In this document: positions 51,587 through 61,962 of the stretch, in pieces | Layout of the letters: every line of letters starts with the position of its first letter | Numbering within the stretch: the stretch's first letter is position 1 | Assembly: GCA_902555965.1 (NCBI GenBank) | Contig: CACDUM010000002.1 | Span: forward strand, 353-64,352 | Length of the DNA stretch: 64,000 bases | DNA from: an uncultured Pelagibacteraceae bacterium | Lineage (GTDB): Bacteria; Pseudomonadota; Alphaproteobacteria; Pelagibacterales; Pelagibacteraceae | Direction of reading: 5' to 3' | Made by a program: the position numbers and the translations under genes | Notes under the pieces: generated by a model | What the model was told of the DNA's origin: nothing | Seen by the model: the letters and a program-made list of their open reading frames with translations, nothing else | Database searches by the model: none

Positions 51587-52630
51587 TTATCCAAAAATTT
51601 TTGTAAAGTTTTTTCTATCTCTATTTTTCCATTCACCTTTATGATATGCATCACTTGCAATCAAAGGTAATACACTTGTTGCCTCAGCAAAAACCATTTG
51701 TTCTTTCGTGACATCAACTTTACCCCATGAACTTGCCTCTTTTAAAGTTGAACTGCTACACGCACCATCTCTTGAGTCTGCTACAGTAATTTGCACAGCA
51801 TATTTATGCATTTCAACATCTTTACCTAAAAGTTCAGCACATATGACTGTGTCCTGAATAAAATTTTTTGGCACTCCGCCACCTATCATAAATAATCCAG
51901 AACCTTTTGATCTAATTTTTATTTCAGTTAATTCTCGAAATTCTCTTACAGAGTCTATTGTAATATGAGATTTCGGACTCTTTTCTTGATGAATTACTAA
52001 ACCAAAACCAGCGCTAGAGTCTGTAAAAGCAGGACAGAATATTGGCACATTGTGATCATAGGCAGTTTCAATTAAAGACTCTTTCTTCACTGAGTTTTTT
52101 TTAAGATATTTTCCCATTTCGTGAATAAATTCCCTAGAGGTATAGCTTCTAGGCTCCAAGTTATCAGCTATTTCACAAATTTTCTTATCACAAATTTGTA
52201 ATTCATCTTCGTCGATGTAAGTATCGTATATTCTATCAATATAATTTTTTCTGAGTTCAGTATCATCTTGAAATTGAGAGCCTTGATAATGCTTAAATCC
52301 TAATGCCTCAAAAAAATCCATATCAATTATCGAAGCACCAGTTGCAACGATTGCATCTACCATATTGTATTTGACTAAATCTTTGTAAATATTCATACAA
52401 CCAGCTGCTGAGGTCGAACCAGCTAAAGTAAGAAAAATTGTACAATCTTTATCTTTTAACATTTCATTATAGATGTTTGCTGCATTTGCAGTTTCTCTTG
52501 ATACAAATGACATTTTCTCCATTGATGAAATAATTTTTCTAGAGTCAAAAGATGTAATATCTATATGTTCAACTGGATTTTTAAGAAAGTCTTTTTTACT
52601 ATTATGTCCTAGATTTTTGTTTTTTGACAT
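51587..52630 (-). CDS. Deoxyhypusine synthase homologue (SpeY-like, probable homospermidine pathway enzyme)
   Basis: IDRIYD, VPIFCPAFTDSS, GGGVPKN, EASSWGK containing the DHS catalytic Lys. Confidence 0.88.
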   Translation of the reverse strand: MSKNKNLGHNSKKDFLKNPVEHIDITSFDSRKIISSMEKMSFVSRETANAANIYNEMLKDKDCTIFLTLAGSTSAAGCMNIYKDLVKYNMVDAIVATGASIIDMDFFEALGFKHYQGSQFQDDTELRKNYIDRIYDTYIDEDELQICDKKICEIADNLEPRSYTSREFIHEMGKYLKKNSVKKESLIETAYDHNVPIFCPAFTDSSAGFGLVIHQEKSPKSHITIDSVREFRELTEIKIRSKGSGLFMIGGGVPKNFIQDTVICAELLGKDVEMHKYAVQITVADSRDGACSSSTLKEASSWGKVDVTKEQMVFAEATSVLPLIASDAYHKGEWKNRDRKNFTKIFG

Positions 52631-53814
52631 TAAGCAACTAAAGTATCTTTGTTGCTGTCTTTGTTATAGAGGCTCATTATAGCATTATCTTCAACTTCAT
52701 AAATTTTATCAGAATAGAAACCATTAAACTGTGTTCTAAAGGTAAGGCCGTATGAACCTAATTGACCAAGTTCTATATAATCATTTTCTTTAATATTATT
52801 AGGTAAAAGGAAAGGACCTTTCATGTAATCCATGCTGTCGCATGTTGGTCCATAAAAATCAAATGCAGTTAATTTTTTTGAAATAATTTTGTTTGAATTA
52901 TCTTTTATCATTTTAGATGGAAAAACAATATTTGGTGTTCCTGCATCAAAAAGTGTTCCATAAGTTCCATCATTTATATAAAGTTTTTGTTTTTTTCTTA
53001 AGTTAACCCGAACTATAGTTGAACCACTTTCAGCAACTAAGGCTCTACCTGGTTCACAAATTATTTCTGGTAATTTTTCAATCTTTAAATTTTCTAAACC
53101 TTTCTTAATTTCATCAAAATAACTCTCTAAAGAGGGTGGAATTAAATCTGGATAGATAGTTGGAAAGCCGCCTCCTATATTTAAATAATCAGGAACAATT
53201 TTCGTTTTCTTTATTATATTTGCAATTTCGGAAATCCCTTTTGAGTATGAAATTGGATGCATACATTGCGATCCTACATGAAAACTTAATCCAATCTTTT
53301 TTGAATGTTGTTTTACTAATCTTAAAAGTCCTGCCGCCTCTGAATTTATAGCACCGAATTTTTTTGATAAGTCAATTTCGGCATGTTCATTTGATACAGC
53401 CACCCTTACAAATAATTCTAAATCTTTTGCATTGCTGGTGCTCTCAATAATTTTTATTAATTCATCTTTAGTATCAAGTGCAAATGTTTTCACTCCATAT
53501 TTAAAGTATGCTTCACTTACATCTTCTCTACTTTTAATTGTGTGCATGAAAGAACACTTAGATATTTGATCAAATTTTCTGACTGCTTTTATCTCCTCCA
53601 CTGAGGCAACATCAAATTGATTAATACCACTTTTTAGTAAAGTTTTAATTACCTCAGGATGAGGATTTGTTTTGACAGCATATAGAATTTTACCTGGAAA
53701 GTTTTTTTGAAAAAATTTAGAAGCTGAAAGAATAGATTTCTTTCTAATACAATAAACCGGTTTGTCTGGTCTCAGTTGATTAACTAGTTCTTCAACCGAC
53801 TTAAATTTTTGCAT
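52630..53814 (-). CDS. Fold-type III PLP basic amino acid decarboxylase (ODC homologue, probably arginine-specific)
   Basis: YAVK, FDVAS, KFG, FHVGSQ, IGGGF, EPGR, GPTCDSMD; substrate inferred from operon context. Confidence 0.88.
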   Translation of the reverse strand: MQKFKSVEELVNQLRPDKPVYCIRKKSILSASKFFQKNFPGKILYAVKTNPHPEVIKTLLKSGINQFDVASVEEIKAVRKFDQISKCSFMHTIKSREDVSEAYFKYGVKTFALDTKDELIKIIESTSNAKDLELFVRVAVSNEHAEIDLSKKFGAINSEAAGLLRLVKQHSKKIGLSFHVGSQCMHPISYSKGISEIANIIKKTKIVPDYLNIGGGFPTIYPDLIPPSLESYFDEIKKGLENLKIEKLPEIICEPGRALVAESGSTIVRVNLRKKQKLYINDGTYGTLFDAGTPNIVFPSKMIKDNSNKIISKKLTAFDFYGPTCDSMDYMKGPFLLPNNIKENDYIELGQLGSYGLTFRTQFNGFYSDKIYEVEDNAIMSLYNKDSNKDTLVA

Positions 53815-53842
53815 TTTTCATGCCCCCCAAAAAAAATTTAAC

Positions 53843-53872
53843 AAAAAAAAGTCTTTTTATTTAAAAAACTTT
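53843..53872 (-). terminator. Terminator-like hairpin plus U tract upstream of the decarboxylase
   Basis: AAAGUUUUUU-AAAUA-AAAAGACUUU forms a 10-bp stem (one GC, one GU) that runs into U8; the stem is weak. Confidence 0.45.
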
Positions 53873-53961
53873 AATGAATCGAGCAATTAATTCAATACTT
53901 ACCTAATGTAAAGCAAATAATGACCTATTGAATTGTGGAAAAAAATTCCCATATCATTCAC

Positions 53962-54525
53962 ATGAAAAACGAAGGCGCATTACAAAATTTAGCTGATTTC
54001 AACAATAAATCACTATTAATTGTTGATGATGACAATCCATTTAGAGAAAGATTGGCTAGGGCAATGGAAAAAAAGGGTTTTGAAGTTATTCAAGCTGAAG
54101 GTGTGCAAAAAGGAATTGATACAGTCAAAGCAAAAAAACCAGGATTCGCTGTTGTTGATTTGAGACTGGGTGATGGTAATGGTTTGGAAGTTGTTAAACA
54201 AATACAAACCTCTAATCCTGAAAGTAGAATAATAATGTTAACTGGATATGGAAATATTCCAACTGCTGTTGCAGCAATAAAAGAGGGTGCAATCGATTAT
54301 TTGGCTAAACCTGCAGATGCAGATGATGTTGAAAAAGCTCTTTTAGCTGATCCTGCTAAAAAAGCGGCTCCACCTGAAAATCCAATGTCAGCAGATAGAG
54401 TGAAATGGGAACATATACACAGAGTTTTTGAATTGTGTAACAGAAATGTTTCAGAGACGGCAAGAAGACTAAAAATGCACCGAAGAACTCTTCAAAGAAT
54501 TTTATCTAAAAGATCACCTAAATAA
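53962..54525 (+). CDS. regA: RegA/PrrA/ActR redox response regulator
   Basis: IVDDD, VVDLRL, LTGYGNI, PPENPMSADRVKWEHI, NVSETARRLKMHRRTLQRILSKR; ATG at 53962. Confidence 0.96.
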   Translation: MKNEGALQNLADFNNKSLLIVDDDNPFRERLARAMEKKGFEVIQAEGVQKGIDTVKAKKPGFAVVDLRLGDGNGLEVVKQIQTSNPESRIIMLTGYGNIPTAVAAIKEGAIDYLAKPADADDVEKALLADPAKKAAPPENPMSADRVKWEHIHRVFELCNRNVSETARRLKMHRRTLQRILSKRSPK

Positions 54526-55069
54526 GTTTTCTAAATTTTAAAATTTTCTTAGCAATAAGCACTAGTAAAGCAATCTTAAATATTTCAGCTAATAGAAAAG
54601 GCTTAACACCTAAATCGAATATAGGTTTGTCCCAACCGATTAGTGTTCCTAACCACAAAATACCAAAAATATAGATTGTTGATACTGCAAGTATAAGTTT
54701 TGAGAAAATGATTAAAAAATTATCTTTTAATTTTACAAAAGAAGCAAAAAAACAAGCTGAAAGAAATCCAATTAGATATCCCATTGTTGGACCTGTAAAA
54801 TAAGCTAAACCTATTCCTCTTTCTGGGGAATTTGAAAACACGGGAAGACCTGCAATTCCTTCAATTAAATATAAACCAATTGTCGCAACACCTATTTTAT
54901 ATCCAAAGCTTATTCCAATAAATAGAACTACAAAAGTTTGCATTGTCATTGGAACTGGATAGAAAGGAATTTTAATTTTCGCAGAGACAGCAAGTAACAC
55001 AGAACCTAAAAAAATTACAAGTATTGATTTAATTATTTGGGCTTGTGTATTTTGCTTTATAAGTTCCAT
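54518..55069 (-). CDS. bioY: Biotin transporter BioY
   Basis: PVPMTMQ, GLPVF, GPTMGYLIGF, PFL..E..K. Confidence 0.94.
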   Translation of the reverse strand: MELIKQNTQAQIIKSILVIFLGSVLLAVSAKIKIPFYPVPMTMQTFVVLFIGISFGYKIGVATIGLYLIEGIAGLPVFSNSPERGIGLAYFTGPTMGYLIGFLSACFFASFVKLKDNFLIIFSKLILAVSTIYIFGILWLGTLIGWDKPIFDLGVKPFLLAEIFKIALLVLIAKKILKFRKLI

Positions 55070-55115
55070 AAAAAATAATACTCTTATTTCTGTCTATAAT
55101 CTATATTAATTTCTA

Positions 55116-57890
55116 ATGGGAAAAATTAAAAAAACAGATCATTTTTATTTAATTGATGGATCAGGTTACATTTTTAGAGCGTATTATGCGTTACCACCAT
55201 TAACGCGTAAAAGTGATGGATTACCGACGGGTGCAGTGAGTGGTTTTTGCAGTATGCTTTTTAAACTTCTAGAGGACTCAAAGTCAAATCAAAATTTACA
55301 AAAACCAACACATTTTGCAGTTATATTTGACTCTGCTAGAAAAACTTTCAGAAACGAAATTTATAGTGATTACAAAGCTAATAGAGCTGAAGCACCTGAT
55401 GATTTAGCTCCTCAATTTGATTATATCAGAAAATCAGTATTAGCTTTTAATTTACCTTCATTGGAATTGATAAATTATGAAGCTGACGATTTAATTGCAA
55501 CGTATGTTGAAATGATTTTAAAAGAAGGTGCAAAAGTAACAATAGTGTCCTCCGATAAGGATTTAATGCAATTATATAAAAAAAACGTTCGAATTTATGA
55601 TCCAATGAAAAATAAGTTTATTTCAGAGGAAGATATTAAAAATAAATTTGGTGTTGGTGCAAGAAAGGTAATTGATGTCCAGGCTTTAGCTGGTGATAGT
55701 AGTGATAATGTACCAGGAGTTCCTGGAATTGGTGTTAAAACAGCTGCAGAATTAATTAATAAATATGGAGACCTTGAAAAACTTTTAAAATCTGCTCATG
55801 AAATTAAACAAAACAAAAGAAGAGAAACACTCATTGAGAATAAAGATAAGGCTTTAATAAGTAAAAAACTAGTGACATTAAAAAGTGATGCTCCAGTAAA
55901 TAAAAATCTAACTGATCTTGAATTAAAAAGTATTGATAAAGATAAACTCTATAAATTTTTGAGGGAGATGGAATTTAATAGATTGTTGAGTTCAGCTATC
56001 TCTGCATATGGAGAACCAAATTTAACAAGTATCAAAAACGAGGTTAAAATTGAAAAAAATCAAAAAGCAATCAATAAAAAAGAATATTATCTAATTGAAA
56101 ATTTGGAACAAATCGACAACTGGATAACTGAAGCTGAGGAGTTAGGTGAAGTTGCAGTAGATACCGAGACAAATTCATTAGATCCTCATCAGGCAGATCT
56201 AGTCGGTGTTTCATTAAGCTCAAAAGTTGGAAAAGCTTGTTATATTCCTATCGGTCATAAATCTAACAAATGTATCGAAAAAGATTTAGTTTTAAAAAAG
56301 TTAAAACCTTTACTTGAGGATCCTAGTATCAAAAAAATAGGTCAAAATATAAAATTTGATTTTATAGTTTTTTTCAAACATGGAATTAATATGACTTCAA
56401 TGGAAGATACTATGCTGATGTCCTATGTTCTTGATGCAGGAAAAAATAGACATAATATGGATACATTGTCAGAAATTCATTTAAACCATAAAACAATATC
56501 TTTTAAAGATTTAGTTGGCACAGGAAAAAAGGAGATTAATTTCAGTGAAGTAGATGTTGAAAAAGCCAAAGATTACGCAGCCGAAGATGCTGATATTACA
56601 TTTAGATTATACAAAAAATTTCAAAAAAGTTTGAAGGATGAAAAAATGATAAATATTTACGAGATATTTGAAAAGCCTTTATTAAAAATTCTTGCTTTTA
56701 TGGAAATTGAGGGAGTTAAAATAGATAATAAATTTTTAAAATCATTATCCACTAAATTTGAAAAAAAGATCGTTAAAATTCAAAACGAAGTTTTTAAAAT
56801 ATCTAAAAAAGAATTTAATATTGCATCACCAAAACAACTTGGGGAAATATTATATAATGATCTTAAAATTGCAGATTTAAAAAAAACAAAAAAAGGGAGT
56901 TTTGCAACAAGCGCTTCGGTTTTAGAAGATTTAGCATTTAAAGGTCATAAGTTTCCCCAATTAGTATTGGATTGGAGACAGGTATCTAAATTGAAAAATA
57001 CCTACTCAGATTCCTTGCCGGAACACATCAATCCTAACACACAAAGAGTACATACTTCTTTTTTATTAGCAGCTACTACAACTGGCAGATTAGCGTCAAG
57101 CGATCCTAACTTACAAAATATTCCGATTAAATCCGAGGATGGTAAAGATATCCGTAAAGCATTTATAGCTAAAAAAGATCATGTTTTAATTTCTGCAGAT
57201 TATAACCAAATTGAGATGAGAATTTTAGCTGATTTGGCTGACGTGAAAGGATTAAAAAAAGCTTTTAAAAACAACGAAGATATTCATTCACTCACAGCTA
57301 GTCAAATTTTTAATGTTGATATAAAAAAAGTAAATCAAGATCAGAGAAGGAAAGCTAAAGCTATAAATTTTGGAATTATTTATGGAATTTCACAATATGG
57401 ATTGGCAAAACAAATTAATGTCACAAATCATGAAGCTGAGGAATTTCTTAATGCTTATTTTTTGAAATTTCCTGAAATAAAAATTTATATGGACCGAACA
57501 ATAAAGTTTTGTAGAAAAAGTGGATTTGTGAATAATATTTTTGGAAGACGATCACATTTTATTAATATCAACGATAAAAACTATAATATTAGAAATTTCC
57601 AAGAGCGCGCAGCAATTAATGCTCCAATTCAAGGTTCCGCGGCAGAAATAATGAGATTAGCCATGATAAGACTTAATAAAAAATTAAGTGATCAAAAAAA
57701 TCAAAAAACAAAAATGTTATTGCAAATCCATGATGAGTTAATTTTTGAAGCTCCCAAAGAAGAAGCAAAAAGAATCAGTAAAATTATAATTGATGAAATG
57801 TCTAGTGTTGTTAAGAGTGAACAGCATTCTTTTTCCATACCTTTAACAGTTGATCTAAATACCGGAGAAAATTGGGGTACACTTCATTAA
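55116..57890 (+). CDS. polA: DNA polymerase I
   Basis: LIDGS..IFRAY, GDSSDNVPGV, DTET, TGRLAS..PNLQNIP, ADYNQIE, KAINFGIIYG, QIHDE. Confidence 0.99.
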   Translation: MGKIKKTDHFYLIDGSGYIFRAYYALPPLTRKSDGLPTGAVSGFCSMLFKLLEDSKSNQNLQKPTHFAVIFDSARKTFRNEIYSDYKANRAEAPDDLAPQFDYIRKSVLAFNLPSLELINYEADDLIATYVEMILKEGAKVTIVSSDKDLMQLYKKNVRIYDPMKNKFISEEDIKNKFGVGARKVIDVQALAGDSSDNVPGVPGIGVKTAAELINKYGDLEKLLKSAHEIKQNKRRETLIENKDKALISKKLVTLKSDAPVNKNLTDLELKSIDKDKLYKFLREMEFNRLLSSAISAYGEPNLTSIKNEVKIEKNQKAINKKEYYLIENLEQIDNWITEAEELGEVAVDTETNSLDPHQADLVGVSLSSKVGKACYIPIGHKSNKCIEKDLVLKKLKPLLEDPSIKKIGQNIKFDFIVFFKHGINMTSMEDTMLMSYVLDAGKNRHNMDTLSEIHLNHKTISFKDLVGTGKKEINFSEVDVEKAKDYAAEDADITFRLYKKFQKSLKDEKMINIYEIFEKPLLKILAFMEIEGVKIDNKFLKSLSTKFEKKIVKIQNEVFKISKKEFNIASPKQLGEILYNDLKIADLKKTKKGSFATSASVLEDLAFKGHKFPQLVLDWRQVSKLKNTYSDSLPEHINPNTQRVHTSFLLAATTTGRLASSDPNLQNIPIKSEDGKDIRKAFIAKKDHVLISADYNQIEMRILADLADVKGLKKAFKNNEDIHSLTASQIFNVDIKKVNQDQRRKAKAINFGIIYGISQYGLAKQINVTNHEAEEFLNAYFLKFPEIKIYMDRTIKFCRKSGFVNNIFGRRSHFININDKNYNIRNFQERAAINAPIQGSAAEIMRLAMIRLNKKLSDQKNQKTKMLLQIHDELIFEAPKEEAKRISKIIIDEMSSVVKSEQHSFSIPLTVDLNTGENWGTLH

Positions 57891-57895
57891 TTTAA

Positions 57896-57924
57896 TTGCC
57901 CAAATTAGAACAATTTAGTATTTT
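57896..57924 (+). promoter_or_regulatory. Possible promoter for chvI-chvG
   Basis: TTGCCC (57896-57901), 17 bp, TATTTT (57919-57924). Confidence 0.35.
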
Positions 57925-57935
57925 TATAATTGAGT

Positions 57936-58643
57936 ATGCAGAAACAAACAATTGCCCTTGTCGACGATGATAGAAATATTTTAACAAGTCTGAGTATAGC
58001 TTTAGAGAAAGAGGGATTTAAAGTTCAAACATATATTGATGGTGAAAGCGCTTTAATTGGGTTAACTAGAACCCCACCGGATCTTGCAATTGTTGACATT
58101 AAAATGCCAAAAATGGATGGAGAAGAACTACTTAAAAAGCTAAGAAAAAAAACTTCATTACCAGTTATTTTTTTGACTTCAAAAGATGATGAAATTGATG
58201 AATTACTTGGATTGAAGTTAGGGGCAGATGATTTCATAAAAAAATCAGGAGGCTTTTCAATTAAGGTGTTGATTGAGAGAATAAGAGTGCAACTTAGAAA
58301 GAAAGACTCAAAAGAAATTATAGAGGAAAACAAAAGTATAATATCTCATGGTAAGTTAAAACTAGATCCCTCACAATTAGAGTGTGAATGGAATGGCAAA
58401 CAATTGCCAGATAAACTTACTACGACTGAATTTTTATTAGTTAAGGAATTAGCAAAAAGACCAGGTATAATTAAAGAAAGAGCTCAGTTGATGGACATAG
58501 CATATAGAGAAGATACCGATATAGAGGACAGAACAATAGATAGTCATGTTAAAAGAATAAGAAAAAAATTTAAAAAGGTTGACCCTGAATTTTCAGCTAT
58601 AGAAACTAGATATGGAAGTGGATATAGGTGGAATGTTAGCTGA
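57936..58643 (+). CDS. chvI: OmpR-family response regulator ChvI
   Basis: [45 protein letters not shown]; ATG at 57936. Confidence 0.93.
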   Translation: MQKQTIALVDDDRNILTSLSIALEKEGFKVQTYIDGESALIGLTRTPPDLAIVDIKMPKMDGEELLKKLRKKTSLPVIFLTSKDDEIDELLGLKLGADDFIKKSGGFSIKVLIERIRVQLRKKDSKEIIEENKSIISHGKLKLDPSQLECEWNGKQLPDKLTTTEFLLVKELAKRPGIIKERAQLMDIAYREDTDIEDRTIDSHVKRIRKKFKKVDPEFSAIETRYGSGYRWNVS

Positions 58644-60184
58644 TGTTAAGCAACCTTCTTAAAAACTTATCTATATTAAAAAAATTTTTATTTATAAATT
58701 TTATTTTTTTTACAATTATTGGAATTTTCCTTTTTATTTACTTAAAAAATGTTCAACCAAATTTGATAAAAAAAAAATCATCTAATCACATTGAAGTGAT
58801 TAATAATACAATTGATAATTTGACAAGATTAAATGTCGAATTTGTAGAAGATGATATCAGGAAATTTCTTTTTTCCACAAGATTTCTTTTTCAAAATTTA
58901 GATAGAGTGATATTTTTTGATAATCAACTAAACTTAATTGGTGATACAGATACCTTAGATCTTGATCCAAGATCATTTTCACAAAGATTAGATATTGTTG
59001 AATTTGAAGTGTTAACTGAAAAAAAAACTAAAGAAATCACTGAGAAAAAAAATATTGATGTTGGAAATAATAACGTTGTTTCTCTTAATGATGTACTTTT
59101 AAATTATGCATCTTCTAAAAATTTTGGAACACCTTTTACTTTTACCCAAGAAGAGTTCAATAAATTTAAGCTGACAACAATTAAAAATGTAATGCAAAAA
59201 GGTGAAAACATTGGTTATTTAGCTATTACAGAAAATGCAAACGATGTTAAAGCAGCTATAGATGAAAGAAAGACTTTTGTAATTAGAACTGCTTTAGCTA
59301 TTGGTTTGGTAATATTAATTTTCTCCTTTGTTTTAAATAGATATTTCTTAAAACCAATTAAAAATTTAGTAACGTACACTGAAACAATCAGAAATAAAGA
59401 TCCGAAAGTTACTAATCTTGATATTTTAAAAAAAAGAAATGACGAACTAGGATTACTCTCAAAATCACTAGATGATATGACGAATGAATTAACTAAAAGG
59501 ATTTCACATGCTGAAAATTTTTCAACAGATTTAGTTCATGAAATAAGAAATCCATTAGCTTCTCTCAAGAGTGCTTCTGAAATTTTACATGATACGACTG
59601 ATGTTGAGCAAAGGATTAAATTAATTGATATTTTGAGTCATGATGTTCAAAGGATTGAAAGATTAATTACAGATTATTCACAAATGCTAAAAGATGAAGT
59701 TGCATTAAGTAAAGAAAAAATTAAAAAACTTAACATCGAGCCAATTATTAAATCAGTCGTAGATGATTTTAATAATATTTATAAATTAAAAAGAGGAATA
59801 AATATTTCTTATTCGAACGATGGAAAAAACCAATATTTGATAAATGGAATAGAAAATAGGATTGAACAAATAGTTGCTAATCTTTTGGATAACGCAATAT
59901 CTTTCAGTGGTGATAATAAAGATGTAATTGTTAAAGTTTCAAAATTAGAAAATGATAAAGTTTCAATCAATATTTTAGATGAAGGACAAGGATTTAAAGA
60001 AAAAGATACTAATAAAATATTTAAAAGATTTTATAGTAATAGACCTGATAAATTTGGACAACATTCAGGACTTGGTTTAAATATAGTTAAAAATTTAGTC
60101 GATTTACATAATGCTACAATAAGAGCATCTAACAGATTAGACAAAAAAGGAGCAAGTATGGAAATTATATTTCCAAATGCTTAA
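58643..60184 (+). CDS. chvG: Sensor histidine kinase ChvG
   Basis: Two transmembrane segments, HAMP, HEIRNPL, NLLDNA, DEGQG, SGLGL; coupled to chvI. Confidence 0.9.
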   Translation: MLSNLLKNLSILKKFLFINFIFFTIIGIFLFIYLKNVQPNLIKKKSSNHIEVINNTIDNLTRLNVEFVEDDIRKFLFSTRFLFQNLDRVIFFDNQLNLIGDTDTLDLDPRSFSQRLDIVEFEVLTEKKTKEITEKKNIDVGNNNVVSLNDVLLNYASSKNFGTPFTFTQEEFNKFKLTTIKNVMQKGENIGYLAITENANDVKAAIDERKTFVIRTALAIGLVILIFSFVLNRYFLKPIKNLVTYTETIRNKDPKVTNLDILKKRNDELGLLSKSLDDMTNELTKRISHAENFSTDLVHEIRNPLASLKSASEILHDTTDVEQRIKLIDILSHDVQRIERLITDYSQMLKDEVALSKEKIKKLNIEPIIKSVVDDFNNIYKLKRGINISYSNDGKNQYLINGIENRIEQIVANLLDNAISFSGDNKDVIVKVSKLENDKVSINILDEGQGFKEKDTNKIFKRFYSNRPDKFGQHSGLGLNIVKNLVDLHNATIRASNRLDKKGASMEIIFPNA

Positions 60185-60229
60185 AGAGTTCTATTGATTA
60201 ATTAATTCTTTATTGTTAGAAGACGCACC

Positions 60230-61516
60230 ATGGAAGATTTCAAAGTTAAAGATTTGACCCAAGCTGAGTTTGGAAGAAAAGAAATTTCAATAGCAGAGAG
60301 TGAAATGCCTGGCTTAATGGCTTTAAGAGAAGAATACTCTGGAAAGTCACCGCTAAAAGGAGCAAAAATTATTGGATGTCTGCACATGACTATTCAAACA
60401 GCTGTTTTAATTGAAACACTTGTTGCTTTAGGTGCAGAGGTGAGATGGTCATCATGTAACATTTTTTCAACTCAAGATCATGCAGCGGCTGCAATCGCCA
60501 AAGCTGGGATACCAGTATATGCTTGGAAGGGAGAAACTGAAGAGGAATATATTTGGTGTATTAAACAAACTATTGAGGGTAAAAAAAATTGGGCGCCTAA
60601 CATGCTTTTAGATGATGGAGGAGACCTCACTGCAATGATGCATCAAGAGTATAAAGAATTACTTAAAAATGTGAAAGGTGTTTCAGAAGAGACAACAACA
60701 GGCATTAAAGCTCTTAATAAAATGGAAAAAGATAAAACTTTGTTAGTGCCTGCAATAAATGTAAATGATTCTGTCACCAAATCTAAATTTGACAATCTCT
60801 ATGGATGTAGAGAGAGTTTAGTTGATGGCATAAGAAGAGCTACAGATGTTATGATGTCTGGAAAAATTGCCATAGTTGCTGGATTTGGAGATGTTGGTAA
60901 AGGAAGTGCTGCATCTTTAAGACAAAGTGGTGCTAGAGTATTAGTTACAGAAGCTGATCCAATTTGTGCATTACAAGCAGCAATGGAGGGTTACGAAGTA
61001 GTTTTGATGGAAGAGGCAATTAGCAAAGCTGACATCGTCGTTACAGCAACTGGTAACAAAGATATTGTTACAGCCGATCATATGAGAGAAATGAAAGATA
61101 GGGCAATTTTGTGTAACATAGGACACTTTGATAACGAAATTCAAGTTGAAGCTTTGAAAAATTATAAATGGACTGAAGTAAAACCTCAAGTTCACGAAAT
61201 AGAATTACCAAGTAAAAAAAGGATTATTTTATTAGCAGAAGGTAGATTAGTTAATTTAGGTTGTGCCACAGGTCATCCAAGTTTTGTAATGAGCGCATCG
61301 TTTACTAACCAAGTGATTGCCCAGATAGAGCTTTGGAATAATCATAAAAACTATGAGAACAAAGTTTATGTTTTACCAAAACATTTAGATGAGAAGGTTG
61401 CCACCCTTCATCTTAAGAAAGTTGGAGCAAAATTAACCAAATTATCAAAAGAACAGGCGGACTATATAAGTGTAGGAGTCGAAGGTCCTTTTAAACCTAA
61501 TGCCTACCGCTATTAA
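60230..61516 (+). CDS. ahcY: Adenosylhomocysteinase
   Basis: [52 protein letters not shown]. Confidence 0.99.
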   Translation: MEDFKVKDLTQAEFGRKEISIAESEMPGLMALREEYSGKSPLKGAKIIGCLHMTIQTAVLIETLVALGAEVRWSSCNIFSTQDHAAAAIAKAGIPVYAWKGETEEEYIWCIKQTIEGKKNWAPNMLLDDGGDLTAMMHQEYKELLKNVKGVSEETTTGIKALNKMEKDKTLLVPAINVNDSVTKSKFDNLYGCRESLVDGIRRATDVMMSGKIAIVAGFGDVGKGSAASLRQSGARVLVTEADPICALQAAMEGYEVVLMEEAISKADIVVTATGNKDIVTADHMREMKDRAILCNIGHFDNEIQVEALKNYKWTEVKPQVHEIELPSKKRIILLAEGRLVNLGCATGHPSFVMSASFTNQVIAQIELWNNHKNYENKVYVLPKHLDEKVATLHLKKVGAKLTKLSKEQADYISVGVEGPFKPNAYRY

Positions 61517-61949
61517 AAGTGATAAAATAGATTTATCTTCAGAAAAAGAAACAGAGGAACTTGCCAGTGCATTTATAAAAAAAATCAAGCCTGGATGCTT
61601 TATTTTTTTATATGGTGAAATCGGAGTAGGAAAAACTACTTTTATTAGATATCTTATTAATCAATTTCAAAAAAATAATAAATTGGAGATAACAGAAGTT
61701 ACGAGTCCCACTTTCAATTTGTTAAATGAGTATCAAATAAATGATTTCAAGATAAATCATTATGATTTATTTAGATTAAAATCTACTGAGGAAATTAAAA
61801 GTTTAGATTTATTTGAGGATAATAAAAACATAATTACTTTAGTAGAATGACCACAAATGATTAAAGAACCCCCAAAAAATTTGATAGAATTAGTTTTCGA
61901 GTATGGAAAAGATCACAAAACTAGATCTGTGCAAATTAAAGGTTTATAG
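61500..61949 (+). pseudogene. tsaE: tRNA threonylcarbamoyladenosine ATPase TsaE with in-frame TGA at the conserved EW motif (error, nonsense allele or readthrough)
   Basis: GEIGVGKTT, SPTF, HYDLFRL, LVE-TGA-P; the frame continues PQMIKEPPKNLIELVFEY...RSVQIKGL to TAG at 61947-61949, giving 149 codons. Confidence 0.9.
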
Positions 61950-61962
61950 CTTCTATTCCTGA

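Noticed and set aside
51583-51660. Longer start for speB (and the longer starts in the ORF track for rplS, sdhD, rplU, proB, regA, chvI)
   Set aside because: The extensions overlap upstream genes or promoter regions and show no family similarity; the downstream starts fit better.
53801-53821. Out-of-frame mini-ORF MKNAKI overlapping the decarboxylase start
   Set aside because: Its AUG is only 1 nt from the G6 element, whereas the main AUG is at a normal 8-nt spacing; there is no evidence it is translated.
61848-61850. Genome-wide UGA=Trp recoding or selenocysteine at the tsaE TGA
   Set aside because: TGA ends sdhC, sdhA, mdh, sucD and chvI at their normal C-termini and Trp is TGG elsewhere. 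The aligned residue is Trp rather than Cys, and no SECIS-like hairpin is visible.
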